From Octopus vulgaris (taxonomy: Eukaryota), in NCBI GenBank assembly GCA_951406725.2, contig OX597827.1:23560001-23624000 (forward strand): a stretch of DNA of 64,000 bases, written 5' to 3'. Made by a program: the position numbers and the translations under genes. Under the pieces are notes generated by a model that was given only the letters and a program-made list of their open reading frames with translations, searched no databases and was not told the DNA's origin. Position 1 is the stretch's first letter; every line of letters starts with the position of its first letter. This document shows positions 1 to 16,095 of this stretch, one piece after another.

Positions 1-1351
1 CGTCTAAAGTCTTATTGCACTAATGTTGCAGCATTTCGAGCCTTAATATTAATCTCACCGAGGATAATCTTGCTGATTAAACCCGTTTAAATTTAGAGTT
101 GTTAACCTTCAGATTAGGTTGGAGATCAATTTCATAGTATGAACCCTAAGGGCAAGGACGTGCCGCCTACGTAGGCAAGGTAGGCACTGCCTACCTTGAA
201 TAAAATAGATAGATAACAACATTTTCCTTTTATGGCAAAATATGCACCTAATTCAATAAAATCATGAAGGTTACTCTGATTACTATACATAAAATGGAAA
301 ATATTTAATTTTTTTGTAGATTAGGTAGGCATAATTCACCCCTGCTTTTCAATCTCAGTATTTTAGATACGCATAGAACTGCTGTAGCACACATGCTGCG
401 TACACTCCTACAACACCGTTTTTGTTTGCATGTGCTATCAAAGCAGAAGTAAATCTGCCTTCAACTCAGTTGCGCGCTTGTATTTCGCTTATTTTTTGTG
501 CGTTTTACTGAATAAAGGTCATCAACAGCCAACCCTGAGTAATTACTGACGGCACATGCCTGCCTAAGGGTAATCTAGGTTGCGCACATAACGATGTATT
601 CCACGCAATCTTCTTCTTTTAGTGGAGAAGCAAGTTCTTCTGCCTCTATTATTTGTAGGTTTATTATCTAAAAATGTATTTGATAGCTTTTATACAATAG
701 TCTATGGTGTTTCATAAAAAACAATGTGGCGCTTGAATCTTTATTTTTATTTTATTTATGAAATAATTTATAGCGACAGAAGCAGTTTTGATACCTAAAG
801 ATAATATTCATCACCACTTAAAAAAAGGATGTGTTAAAACACAAAATACTGCCATAGTTACCGTTACAGAACTTCTCGTGTTAACTTATAGTGCATATAA
901 TCACTCGTATTTATATCGCTAGCGGGTGTTAATCCACCGCCATCGCCGCCGCTATTTTTTTTCCTTATTAGAAAGGGAATTTTTGTGTTCTAAATTTATA
1001 CATGTCTGCAAGTGTCTCAGTCGAGTGTTTTGCTTTTTTTCTTTTCTTCTTTTTTTCCTAAAAGAAGGTTTTCCAACACATAAACTTCATTACACTTACA
1101 ATTTATTCAATGAGTCGAATGAGATAAAATTCCTGGATTATTTGAGACGATTGTGTTATTCCGTCTTCAGCTTCATGTTCTTAGCTCGAAGATGGTATTC
1201 GAGCAGAAGGCTTCAGACGTGCGACTTTGGTTACAGTGGAGGAAGAAATACTATTCAAAGAATGTTGTGAAGTTTTGGTTTGTTTAGAAACAGCGAATGG
1301 CTCATTGCACTTCTGCTCAAGTATCCTTGCGATCAGCGAACGTCGAGGTGT

Positions 1352-1402
<51 letters not shown>

Positions 1403-1584
1403 CGTGCGTGCGTGTGTGTGTGTGTGTGTATGTGTGTGTGTGTGCGCGTGCGTGCGTGCGTGCGTGTGTGTGTATATGTGTGTGTGTGTGCGCGCGTGCG
1501 TGTGTGTGTATATGTGTGTGTGTGTGTGCTTATTGACATGTTCAGTTATTATGAAAACAACTTCGCATTAATCTGATAGGTTAC

Positions 1585-1990
1585 CTCTTTCACTTGTTTC
1601 AGTCATTTGACTGCGGCCATGCCGGAGCACCGCCTTTAGTCGAACAAATCAACCCCAGGACTTATTCTTTGTAAGCCTAGTACTTATTCTATCGGTCTCT
1701 TTTGCCGAACCGCTAAGATACGGGAACGTAAACACACCAGAATCGGTTGTCAAGCGATGTTGTGGCGATAAACACAGACACACAAACACACACACACACA
1801 CACACATATATTTATATACATATACATATATACGACGGGCTTCTTTCAGTTTCCGTCTACCAAATCCACTCACAAGGCTTTGGTCGGCCCGAGGCTATAG
1901 TAGAAGACACTTGCCCAAGATGCCACGCAGTGGGACTGAACCCGGAACCATGTGGTTGGTAAGCAAGCTACTACCACACAGCCACTCCTC
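1585..1990 (-). mobile_element. tRNA-derived SINE, family A
   Basis: Minus-strand head AGGAGTGGCTGTGTGGTAG...GGGTTCAGTCCC with A/B-box-like motifs; near-identical copy at 23931-24352 and partial copies near 10170-10380 and 25085-25228. Confidence 0.8.
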
Positions 1991-2821
1991 CTACCCTATA
2001 CATTTGTAGAGAACAAATTTAATATTCATGCAATTTAATATTCACACATTGACAGTGACTTCGAAGTTTCAGCCAGCTAAGCCACCGTCGGCTGTACTAC
2101 GAGACTTCTTGTTAAGAATAACACACACACATACACACACACATACACACGCATACACACATACACACATGTATACATATATCCAAATAAAAAAGACAAA
2201 GGACTTTAAACACATCTATAATGATAAGTTACAATTGTTTCTGTACCTATGTGTGTGTTTGTGTACATTTATGTGTGTGTGTGCTTGTGTGCGCATGTGT
2301 GTGTGTAATGATTGGCACTTTCTCTAATGTAATTAACTATGATGACGTCATCAGCTGGACAAACAGCTTTGTTATCTGGAATAGTACAAAACCGTGATGA
2401 CGCTTTCAGCATCCAGCTTTCCTTGACATCTCATTGGTGGTTGGTCATCAATCGCAAATTGATTTTTGGGTGCAAAATATTGAATCTGGAATATTTTGCT
2501 GTCTTTGAGAGAATCTCATGCTGCCAAATTAAATCCAAATCCAATCTGTTAACGGTACGGAATAGACTGGTAAGACATTCCGAAACTTCTCCATCTGAGA
2601 GTCTTTCGGTCAACAGATGCACACGGTTGGTTGTATGAATCGAAAGCTCAACCAACTCGTCTGCATATTTACAACCACCGAGAACTTACTCAACTCAAAA
2701 CCTCTTGTTGGATAAGCATGTACGACATCTCCTAACAAACGTTCATCAAACGGTGAATCAAAAGGTATTCTATGCATGTAAACATTATACATGTGTTTTC
2801 ACACACGCACACACACACACA

Positions 2822-2862
<41 letters not shown>

Positions 2863-2883
2863 GCACATATACATATATATATA

Positions 2884-2937
<54 letters not shown>

Positions 2938-2953
2938 TACTCACATATACATA

Positions 2954-2996
<43 letters not shown>

Positions 2997-3017
2997 GCAC
3001 ATATACATGTATATATA

Positions 3018-3247
3018 TTTCTTTACTACCCACAAGGGGTTAAACACAGAGAGGACAAACAAGGACAGACAAACGGATTAAGTCGATTACATCGACCCCA
3101 GTGCGTTACTGGTACTTAGTTTATCGACCCCGAAAGGATGAAAGGCAAAGTCGACCTCGGCGGAATTTAAACTCAGAACGTAACGGCAGACGAAATACAG
3201 TTACGCATTTCGCCCGGCGTGCTAACGTTTCTGCCAGGTCGCCGCCT
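3018..3247 (-). mobile_element. tRNA-derived SINE, family B
   Basis: Reverse complement of the 33372-33604 element. Confidence 0.8.
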
Positions 3248-3510
3248 TATACGCACATATACATATATATATATATATACAGTTGAAACATTCCTGTCAC
3301 AACCTGGGACCTTGAAGACTGCTTAAATGCAAGAAAGTATACTAGTCCCTTAATATTTGATATTCAAATATTCATCTATTCAATAAGACAATCAATACTT
3401 CATTTCATTTTATTATGTATGCACTATATATACTATAAAACATAAAAAACAGACAGAGTTGGAATTCATTTGAATAATATATATCCCTCTATACACAATC
3501 ATACAAACCC

Positions 3511-3582
<72 letters not shown>

Positions 3583-3653
3583 TTAAGCAGCAGAAAATTC
3601 AACAAAATCTGTTACTCTGAGTTTCTCGTTGCCGTTCATCAGACAAGCAAAAA

Positions 3654-3691
3654 CTGTCTGATGAACGGCAACGAGAAACTCAGAGTAACAG
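3654..3691 (+). ncRNA. Minimal type I hammerhead motif
   Basis: CTGT-CTGATGA-A-CG-GCAA-CG-A-GAAACTCAGAGTA|ACAG; quasi-palindromic stem III (ACTC/GAGT) and GUA triplet. Confidence 0.6.
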
Positions 3692-3805
3692 ATTTTGTTG
3701 AATTTTCTGCTGCTTAAAATAAAGCATATTACTCTACCACTGGTATTTGAGTACTCTTTTTTCCACCTTGTTTCACATTTATGTGTTTACTCCGGTATAT
3801 ATATA

Positions 3806-5057
3806 TCTCTTATTATAAAAGGCAGATTTTATCTGCCTCCCTTTGTCACTTATAGAAATCTACAATATAGGATTTCTTCAATTACAATTTACCTAGCATT
3901 TTTAAGAGTAGAATGCATCGGGTTATGCCAGGTCCAGTTTTTAAAATTTAAACTCCAATTAAGCAAAATTTACAGAAAACTCACATTCTGGTGTGTATGT
4001 CAAATGCTTTTCTTAGTCTGGTTTACAGCACACGCAAACGCACACACACAGTGTGCAACGAATAAAGTGAAACTAATTCACTGTGTGTGTGTTGACAGGT
4101 AGACAATAGAATGCGGTGGCGATGGCGATGTAATATTTGTTTCTGTCTATCACGCTGATAGATACATGAGTAAAATGTATGGCAAGCTAACAGATAAGAG
4201 TGAGTGAAAATGTTCTTGGAAGAGAGTAAATAGCGACAGAGTGATTTGAGGAAGACTAAACTGAAAGTATGAAACAGTGTTTATGTATAAACAGACGACA
4301 CTTATATATAGTTATTAATAAATGTATGCATCCGTTTAACCCTTTCGTTACCAAACCGCCCGAATTTACCTATTCATATTTAAATGAGAATATCAGAGTA
4401 AATCTCTTTAGTACATTCGTGAAAACACGTATTATACTTCGTAAACACTTCAAATACAGTTTTGTACAAAAATCGAAGTGTAATTTTAATTCCGTGAATT
4501 ATGGGAGATTTTTTCCGAAATTTGTTCCTATTGTGTTTTCAAAATTTGTAATTCTGACAAAAAATGGATACGAATTTCATTATATCAAGCAGCGAGTCAG
4601 AATTCGAAGGATTTTCTACTGAAGACCTTCATAAATCTAACTCTATGACTGAAAAAAAAAGCATCTTTATATAAGAGTGAAGTTGTGTGTCTGTCTCCTA
4701 CGATTTAGATTCGTAACTACTCCCACATTTTGCGGTGCAGTTTAACCAAAAGCGGGTATCTTATAGTCGTGATTCATATCGAGCCCTTCTGGGTATTAGC
4801 GCGCGTCTACGATGAGTCTACGATTTTAAAAAAAATTACCATCATATTTTTCCATTTTAATGCATTTTTTTCGCTTTTATATAAGGGAAGTTACTCCCGA
4901 AAATATCTACGATGTGTCAACGATTTAAAAAAAAATTTACCTTAATTTTTTTTCAATTTTTAATGCATTTTTTTGCTATTTTTTGGCTATAACTCTCTAA
5001 AAATGCTTATATAGTTATTTCCCTTACAACCCGAGCAACGCCGGGCGATACTGCTAG
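3806..5057 (+). mobile_element. Non-autonomous Helitron, composite
   Basis: A|TC 5' ends at 3806 (TCTCTTATTATAAAAG) and 4664 (TCTTTATATAAGAG); GC hairpin CCCGAGCAACGCCGGG at 5030-5045; 3' CTAG|T at 5054-5058. Confidence 0.7.
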
Positions 5058-5363
5058 TATATATATATAAATTAGAGAAAAACCACTATTACATAATTCA
5101 AACAATGATAGACATAAACCATATCATATAGAAAAAATAAAATATATTTTTATAAAACATATAACTAGATCACAAAAAGTACAAAAAAATGAATAAAAAA
5201 TATATAAGTACAAGATCTTTTTACTTAATATATATTGTTTATTCATTTTTTTGTCCTTTTTGTGGTCTAGTCATATGTTTTATAAAAATATATTTTATTT
5301 TTTCTTTATGATTTGGTTTGTCTATCATTGTTTGAATTACATAATAGTGGTTTTTCTCTAATT

Positions 5364-5421
<58 letters not shown>

Positions 5422-5427
5422 TAGATA

Positions 5428-5557
<130 letters not shown>

Positions 5558-6337
5558 GGATAGATAGATGTGTGCATTTTCCCTTTGTTTACAATTAACA
5601 CGGAAAAAATAGATAGTTACCAGAGTAGCAAAAAATGACACAAGTAAAAAGGGCGTAACACCTTGTGTGTGCGCTTGTGTGTGTTCGTTTTTGTGTGTAT
5701 ATGTATACATATTTGTGTGTGTGTGTGTGTGTGTGTGTGCATTTCCATCTATAATACTCGTAAGCTGCAAGTTGTTTTGCGCCATAAAGCGAAGATGTAT
5801 TCAGCTATTAATGTTTATTATCATATTCAACATGGCCGTTTGTGTTCTGTTTCAACAGACTAGAAGTACTGGTAAGTCTATTATTAAAGAATATACATTG
5901 TTAAACGCACATCACGAACGAAATCATTGGACAAATACGAATGACAATATGTAAGCAGCGAGTATAAATGCAAATGTATAAGAAGACATGGAACTAAACA
6001 AGATCAATAAAGACTTGTTGTACGAACGGAGACATGTACGAACGCGTATAAAACACGAAATCTGTTTAACATCGGAGACAATGGTCAAACTTCTGTTAAA
6101 AGTATGAGGCTGAACAGCATCTTTATGGACCTTTTAATGACAGCAAATAGGAGACAAGCATGTACTTTTGTTAAGTGCAGTGACTTGAGCAACCAAAAGT
6201 GAGGAACAGAATGAAACCCCTCAGTGTAATCAAACCATGGTCTTGGAGGAATTAATTGTGACAACATTAATAAAGCAGCGAGCTGGCAAAAGGCCTTAAG
6301 TTTTCTGCTGAGCGTTTTCATTTGTGTCTACGAGATA

Positions 6338-7600
6338 CGAGGGACGTTCAATAAGTAATGCCTCTGACCCACTTGCATGTGCAATTATTTATATCTCTAT
6401 AGAGTAAGTGGCAAATTACAGCTCTGAATTAATTGTGGTTTCTGATTTACAGGTGTTTGAACCGAGTCAAGTGTGAAATGGAGCCTGTTGAGTGTCGAGC
6501 AGTGATCCGGTTTTTGTATTTGAAAGGACGCACACCACGGGAGACTTTTGATGAAATGAAAGTAACTTATGGTGATGATGCCCCATCATATGACCTTGTA
6601 AAACGCTGGCATCGTGAAGTCAAACATGGTCGGAACTCTGTGGAAACAGCTCCCAGATCTGGTCGGCCCTTCTGCCATTGATGTGGCATCTGTCCGTCAA
6701 GTTGAGGCTGCCATTTTGGAAGATCGATGCATAACTATTCGCCAAATAGCCCATGAGGTCAAGATTAGTACCGGGTCTGTGGAAACTATCATTCATGACC
6801 ATTTGCATATGCAAAAGGTGTCTGCCAGATAGATTCCCAGGTTGCTCACACCTTTCCAGAAGCAAGAACGTGTCGAGTGCTCGAGGGTGAATTTGGAGAT
6901 GTGCCAAGAAGATGAGTCAAAATTTTTCAAAAGACTGATTACACAGGATGAAACCTCGGTCCATCACGATGATCCAGAGACCAAAGCCCAGTCAATGCAG
7001 TGGAAGCATCGTGACTCATCCCCTCCAAAGAAGGCAAGGGTGCAGCCCTCCGCTGGCAAGGTCATGCTCACAGTCTTCTGGGACCAGGACGGAGTAGTGA
7101 TGATAGATTTCCTGGCAAAGGGTACCACAATTGCAGGAGCCTATTATGCTTCACTTTTGAGGAAATTAAGAGAAGTTATCAAAATCAAGAGGCGGGGCAA
7201 GATCAGCAAAGGCATCCTCCTCCTGCAGGACAACGCTCCGGTCCACAACTCGCTTGTCGCCAGATCAGAAGCACAGGCGTATGGCTATGAACTCCTCCCC
7301 CATCCCCCTACTTTCCTGACCTTGCACCCTCTGATTTTCACCTCTTCCCAGTCATGAAGTTGCTTTTGAAAGGAAAGCGTTTCCCAGATGATGCAGCCTT
7401 GATTTCTGAAGTCACGTTCAGGTTGGAGGACCAAGCTGGGGTCTTCTACAAGAACGGTCTCCAGAGCTGCATCAAACAATGGAAGAAATGCGTAACTCTG
7501 GGTGCTTGCTATGTAGAAAAAGACTAATAACTGTGCCAAGTTTCGTTGCTCTACTGCTATGGGAAGTGGGTCAGGGGCATTACTTATTGAACGCCCCTCG
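6338..7600 (+). mobile_element. Full-length but inactive mariner (DD34D) transposon
   Basis: TA flanks at 6336-37 and 7601-02; ~37-bp TIRs CGAGGG(A/G)CGTTCAATAAGTAATGCC(T/C)CTGACCCACTT. Transposase from ATG 6478 has TQDET, QDNAP and PDLAPSDF motifs, two frameshifts and a TAG in place of W in the WIPRLL motif. Confidence 0.93.
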
Positions 7601-8905
7601 TACATCAGGAAACTAGTGTTCTTTTCAATATTCCTATAACAAATTTCCTCAGCGTTATCCAGTCTGTTGGGAATTTATTGGTGCTTTTTCTTCTTACAAC
7701 TTTTCCCATTGTTTTCGCAAAATTTTCGGAGTCGATTGACTAAACTTTATTGTTCATACAGTAATCGCTCCTAATTCTATTTAGCTATGAAACTTTTTTA
7801 TTAAAATCTTTCTTTTTTATTTTGGATATTGAGTAAAACGATTATATATATGTATGCTAGTATGTGTGTGTGCGCGTGTATATGTGTGTGCACGCGCACG
7901 CGTATAAGATAAGTTTTGAGTAAGACTTGGCTGCTATTTTTAGCGACAACGTGGAGACTCGCTCACTCTTTGATTCACACTGCGGGTTGTTCTTTGATCA
8001 CAGGTAACCTTCAAACCTTCAATTCTATTCATAGAAGACTGAAAGTAACTGAAATCTAATAAAAAGTAAAATTCCATTCTTAATCTTCTTCCGGACGCCA
8101 TTATTCAAGTCAGAAGTTGGCAGAAACTAGACAACTAATCAAAATGATTTTCTTCTCTAGAAAACCAGCATTTTGGGGGCCGTTGGGGAATTTTGCTTTT
8201 CGTATTTTTTAATAGAGAATCTTATCCATTGTAATGTCATGTAATATTCTTTCCTCCTAATCATAGATTAACATCATTTAATTTAGAAAACATATTAGCT
8301 TCAGATTCCAGTCTTATCGACCATGAGTTATTTATTAAGCTCTCATTAAATTTCTCTGTTGGATTATTGGATTTAAAGAATTCTAATAGTTCACCAAAAT
8401 CTTTAAATGAACGAAAATAGAAAAGTAAAAAATATCAAGAAAAAGAGAATGTTTGCAATTACTTTATCTTTGTGTGACCATCGAATTTGTTAAGAGTTTT
8501 TCTGTGTTGACTGCCGATGTCTTCATATTACGTTTTCATCTTGCAACGATTTCCACAAAATTCAATTAAATTAACCACTTGTGCCATTTCTAAAAGTAAG
8601 AATAATCTTTTATTCTTTTACTGGTTCCGGTTATTGGACAGCGGCCATGCAGAGGAAACACTGTTTGGGGGGGGCGGGGGTTCTCAATTATATCGACTAA
8701 GTATTTCGTTTGATGCGTTTTGAGTCAACTTCGAAATGTAAAACTGGACACTGATGGAAAAGGTGACCGTTCAGACGGACACCACAGACCTCTCTTCTTG
8801 ACCGGTTCTTTCGCAAATGCAAACATGTGTATGGGTGTGTGTGTTTGTGTGTGTTTGTGTGTGTATATGTGTGTGCGCGTTTTTGTGTATGTGTGCGTGT
8901 GTGTG

Positions 8906-8937
<32 letters not shown>

Positions 8938-9305
8938 CGTGTGTGTGTGCGTGCGTGTGTAAATATGTGTGTGCGTTTGTGTTTGTTTGCGTGTGTGCGC
9001 TTGTGTTTGTGTGTGTACGTTTGTGCGTGTGTGCGCTTGTGTTTGTGTGTGTATATATGTGTGAGCGCGTTTTTGTGTATGTGTGTGTGCATGTGTGTGT
9101 ATATATGTGTATGCATGCGTGTGTGTGTAATTATGTCTGTGTGCGTTTGTGTTTGTGTGTGCGTTTAGTGTTTGCGTGTGTATGTGTGTACGTTTGTGTG
9201 TGTGTATGTGCGCGTATGATTGTGGGTGCGTTTGTGTGTGTGTGTGTGTGTGTGTGTCTGTGTGTGTGTGTGTGTATGTGTGTGTGTGTGTGTGTATGTG
9301 TGTGT

Positions 9306-9342
<37 letters not shown>

Positions 9343-9344
9343 AC

Positions 9345-9790
9345 ACACCAATGCAATTCCGTAACACAAACAATCCAGTAAAACAACTTCAGAACCCAAT
9401 ATGTTGGTGCAAACAGTCAACCGTCTGATACAGACAAGCAATGCAGTAACACGATCAGACACCTGACAAAGTCGGGCTATCCAGTGACACAATAAGACAA
9501 TACAGTAACACAGCCAAGCTAGTAACATAATTAGACAATCCAAGGACAACGTCCGACAATCCTGTAACACAATCAGACAATCTATTAAAGTAAACAGACA
9601 CTTGAGTTACACAGGTAGACGATCCACTAAGATAATTAGAAAATCCAGTAACACAATCAAACACTCTTGTAACATAATTAGACACCCCCAGTGTTACGAG
9701 CAAGTAATCCTGGTACGCAGTCAGACAATACTCAATTAACAAAATGCATTTTGATAACACAATCAGACAATCGATTCCCAACCGGTAAAA
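9345..9790 (+). repeat. Degenerate ~21-bp minisatellite (consensus near CAGTAACACAATCAGACAATC)
   Basis: Recurring GTAACACAAT/CAGACAATC units over about 450 bp. Confidence 0.7.
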
Positions 9791-10397
9791 TACAATCTTT
9801 TGTTGTATGTTAGTTTTTCTCTCTATATTATTTATAATTTCACGCTTTTCTTCCGCTGCCTAATGCATATTTTATGTTAATGTGTGGGCGGGGATAAGTC
9901 ATTTAAAGTAACCTCCTACTTTGTGATTTTTTAGTGTCTCTTTACACAACTTTGTATGAGTTTGTGTTTGTACGTATATCTGAGTGCGTTGTACGTAATT
10001 GCAACTATATATATGTGTAATTCTGTGTCTGTATGTATGCGTTGCGTGTCTCGTGTGTGTATGTGTGTGTGCGTCAATGTATCGTATGCATGTATGTGTG
10101 AGTGTATCCGTGTTGTGTTGTGCATGCACATAAATCTTCCCTTTTTTCCTCTTTTTTTAAATTTATATTTTACTTGTTATGGTGATTAAACTGCGGCCAT
10201 TCTGGGGCACCACCATGAAGAAATTCTAGTAGAATGAATTTCCCCCAGAACTTATTTTTTTTAAGCCAGGTGCTTATTCTTTCGGTCTCTTAAGCCGAAC
10301 CGCTAAGTTACAGGAATGTAAACACACCAACAACGGCTGTCAGTCGGTTGGATGGTACAAACATAGACACTAAGACACACGCACACACATACATACA

Positions 10398-10433
<36 letters not shown>

Positions 10434-10500
10434 CACATATGTATATACACATATATATATATACACACATATATATATACATATACATACACACATAGAC

Positions 10501-10592
<92 letters not shown>

Positions 10593-10629
10593 TGTTAAGT
10601 AGGTAGGTAGATGGGTAGATAGATAGATA

Positions 10630-12228
<1,599 letters not shown>

Positions 12229-12569
12229 TAGATATAGATATGTATAATCTGTCACACATGTATTTTGTTTATACACCAAAAATTGCTGCGGATAGCGTCC
12301 TGGGAAAGCTCCCTACATAACGCCGAGTGTTAAAGAACACCAGAATGTCACAGACCAAGTGAGACAATTTTCCTCGGAATCATCAAAAATGGTAGATATG
12401 GACATTTTGCCATTATTGTGGCTTATTAAAACCATGTATTTTGATCATCATGAGATGACAGGAATCGCTGGTCAATGATTTACACGCAAATAGGGTGAAG
12501 TCTATTTGCTGCGGCATGGCACAAGTGAAACAAAATTAAATCACGATTTAAAAACCGAAGTAGAGCACA

Positions 12570-13250
12570 CGCATACACACATACATACATACAGTCAAAT
12601 ACATACATGCACATACATAAACATACATACATGCATGTATCCACATACAAACATACATATATACATACATACACATATATACATACACAAACACATACGT
12701 ACACACACATACATGCATATACATACATAGATGCACTTACAGACACGCACACATACATATACGTACATACACGCACATACATACATACATACATACATAC
12801 ATACACACATACACACATACATACATGCACACACACACACGTACATACATACTTACATACATACATACACATTCATGCATACATGCACACATACATGCAC
12901 ACACACACGTACATACATACATACATACATACACATACATGCATACATACATACACACATACATACACACATATACATACATACACATACATACATACAC
13001 ATACATACAAATACACACATTCACGTACATACACACATATACATACATACATACATACATACATACATGCATGCATGCATGCATACATACATACATACAT
13101 ACATACATACATACATACATACATACATACATACATACATACGTAGACACATATACATACATACACATACATACATACATACATACATACATACATACAT
13201 ACATGCATACATACATACATACATACATACATGCATACATACATGCATAT
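12570..13250. repeat. Compound (TACA)n/(CA)n microsatellite
   Basis: Directly visible; representative of dozens of (TA)n, (CA)n, (GATA)n, (GA)n and (TAA)n tracts across the window. Confidence 0.95.
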
Positions 13251-13768
13251 TTTTAAGTACCTAGTACACTCTCACATGGAGCATCTTGTTTAATCAAAAC
13301 ATTCATTCGCTGCGAACAACTAATTAAATATTTGTTGGTGCAATAATTAAAGTGAAATAAATGAAGCAATGACTTACAAATCTACCTGTATAAAGAGATT
13401 TATTGTTTTAGGATAAACAGTCGGCCACATTTGAATGTTTCTACGATCGCTCGCCCTTTCAGCCAGGGTGAGTTTATATATACAGCCGAGAAAGGTTGTG
13501 AAAATACGTGAAAAGGACTTTTAAGTCCCAACAGACATTGAGTTAGAATTTCTTTTTAAGAAGTAAATTTGTGACACCTGGACATACATGAACACCACAA
13601 AGGACATCGCAATTTACCCTAATCGAAGCATTTATTGACTGAAAGTGCTCTACAACTCAGAACGAATTAATTGAGACTATGACCAAAGTCTGTGTGGCAT
13701 AGACGAACGAAAAGAACGAATCCAGTGTATAACAATATAAAAGAATGGTCCGTATATTTACAGCTCGC

Positions 13769-13836
<68 letters not shown>

Positions 13837-14071
13837 GTGTAGGTACGTGTAGGTACGTGCGTACTTGGATATATATAGGTAAATTAATAGATAAAATTCG
13901 GAGATATTAAAATTTATAAGCGAGTTTATATCGAGACAGAAATGTAAATTAAACATTAAACACTCATAAAAAATCGCCCCCACTACAAACCCTCACTCCT
14001 TACACAGGACATACAAGTCATACAACCATGGTGGCACTCTAGACAAACACACACATACACATACGCACGCA

Positions 14072-14105
<34 letters not shown>

Positions 14106-14887
14106 TAAATACACATCGATATCCTCACTGAAATATGCAATATCATCCACAACAATCCCCCACAACAACAAGAATAACAAGTACATATAACGTGGTAATA
14201 ACGATATCGAGTTTAAAAAAAGAATCTGAATTCCAACACAAGCAAATATTGAAGAAAAATTCATAAAATTTCATAAAATTCATAAAATTTTACTGCCGGA
14301 AGTAAATGAACGTTGGTGATAAGAAGGGAGAGGGAAAAAAACGGATGAGATGAATATGGTTGTTAAAGGTGGTAAAACAAACAAAACTAAAATGGCGGTG
14401 GCTGCGCTAAAGTTGATGGGAAGGATTGACGTGCATTTGTTGTCGTTGTTGTTGGTAATGGTGGTGGTGGTGGCGGTGGTGGTGGTGGTTTCGGTGATGG
14501 CGTCGGCGTCGGCGGCAGTGATTGTTGTGTGTAGGCGATGATGATACAGCTATGGTGGTTATTATGGGGATGACGGACTGGATGGTAGGCATTTGTGTTG
14601 ATTACAATGATGGCGGTGTAGAAGATGGGGATTTGCTGAGGGTAGAGGCTGATGGTGGATGGTGGATGGTGACGGTGCCATATTAGAGACACAATAAAAG
14701 ATAGTTAACTGCAAAAACACTTTGTCGTTGACAACAAAGAATAGGTTGAAAAGCTTGGATGAAAAGATATTTCCAACAAATGACCATATTATGTATATAT
14801 GGTGCTGAGCGTGCGTGCGTGTATGTGTGTGTGTGTGTGTGTGTGAAACGAGAGAGGGAGGGCATTTATGCAGGCATACAAACACTT

Positions 14888-14924
<37 letters not shown>

Positions 14925-15074
14925 TGCATGTATCTATATATATATATATATATATATACATCCATATATGTATATATATGTACATATACATACATATATG
15001 TATATATATATGTACAAATATATATATAGATACATGCATATATGTATATATATATATATATATATACACATACC

Positions 15075-15105
<31 letters not shown>

Positions 15106-15308
15106 GTATGTATGTATTGTAAATGTAAGGTCAGGATTTAGTGGAGTATATACACGCATTAATTTACCTATGTATGCGCATGTACACATAAAATTTATAA
15201 ACATTGGTAATACGGTTCATGTAACATATATACGTATGGAGAGGTATAGACATATATGCAGATACACGCACACATATAAGTCCATATATATATATATATA
15301 TATATGAC

Positions 15309-15370
<62 letters not shown>

Positions 15371-15787
15371 GGTGCGCGCTCCTTTGTCAGAAAGTATATA
15401 GACTTTTTAAGACTTCATTTCAAATACTCTTCATTCATGTACAAACCACTTCCGTAAACTTGAACACTCAGACATAAGCATGCGCATACGAGCATACGTG
15501 ACAGGTACACACTCACAAATCCAATGTACATACACGCACATATATACATACGTACACACATACATAAATCCATACATACATACATGCACAAACGCTAACA
15601 CAGTGCACATATAAACATACCGATGCAGAAACTCGCACAGATTAAACACAAAAGGCATACGCTTAAGCATGATAGACATATACACAGGAATATACACCTC
15701 CATATACACACCTGATATTCCAGCAATGCCTTTTATTTATTATTTTAACATTTTTATGATTTCCGGAAATATACATGTGTGTCTATG

Positions 15788-15852
<65 letters not shown>

Positions 15853-15916
15853 TGTACACACATATATATACACACAGATGCACATATATATATGGATATG
15901 TACATATATATATATG

Positions 15917-15964
<48 letters not shown>

Positions 15965-16063
15965 TTGTATTTGTGTATATATGTGTATATGTGTGTATGT
16001 GTATGTGTGCGCACATGTATGTATGTATATATATATATATATAAATATATGTATGTATGTATG

Positions 16064-16095
<32 letters not shown>

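Noticed and set aside
148-200. Possible hAT-like terminus with TAGGCA repeats
   Set aside because: No matching opposite end or transposase was identified.
9345-9790. CRISPR-like array
   Set aside because: Eukaryotic context, contiguous degenerate units and no unique spacers.
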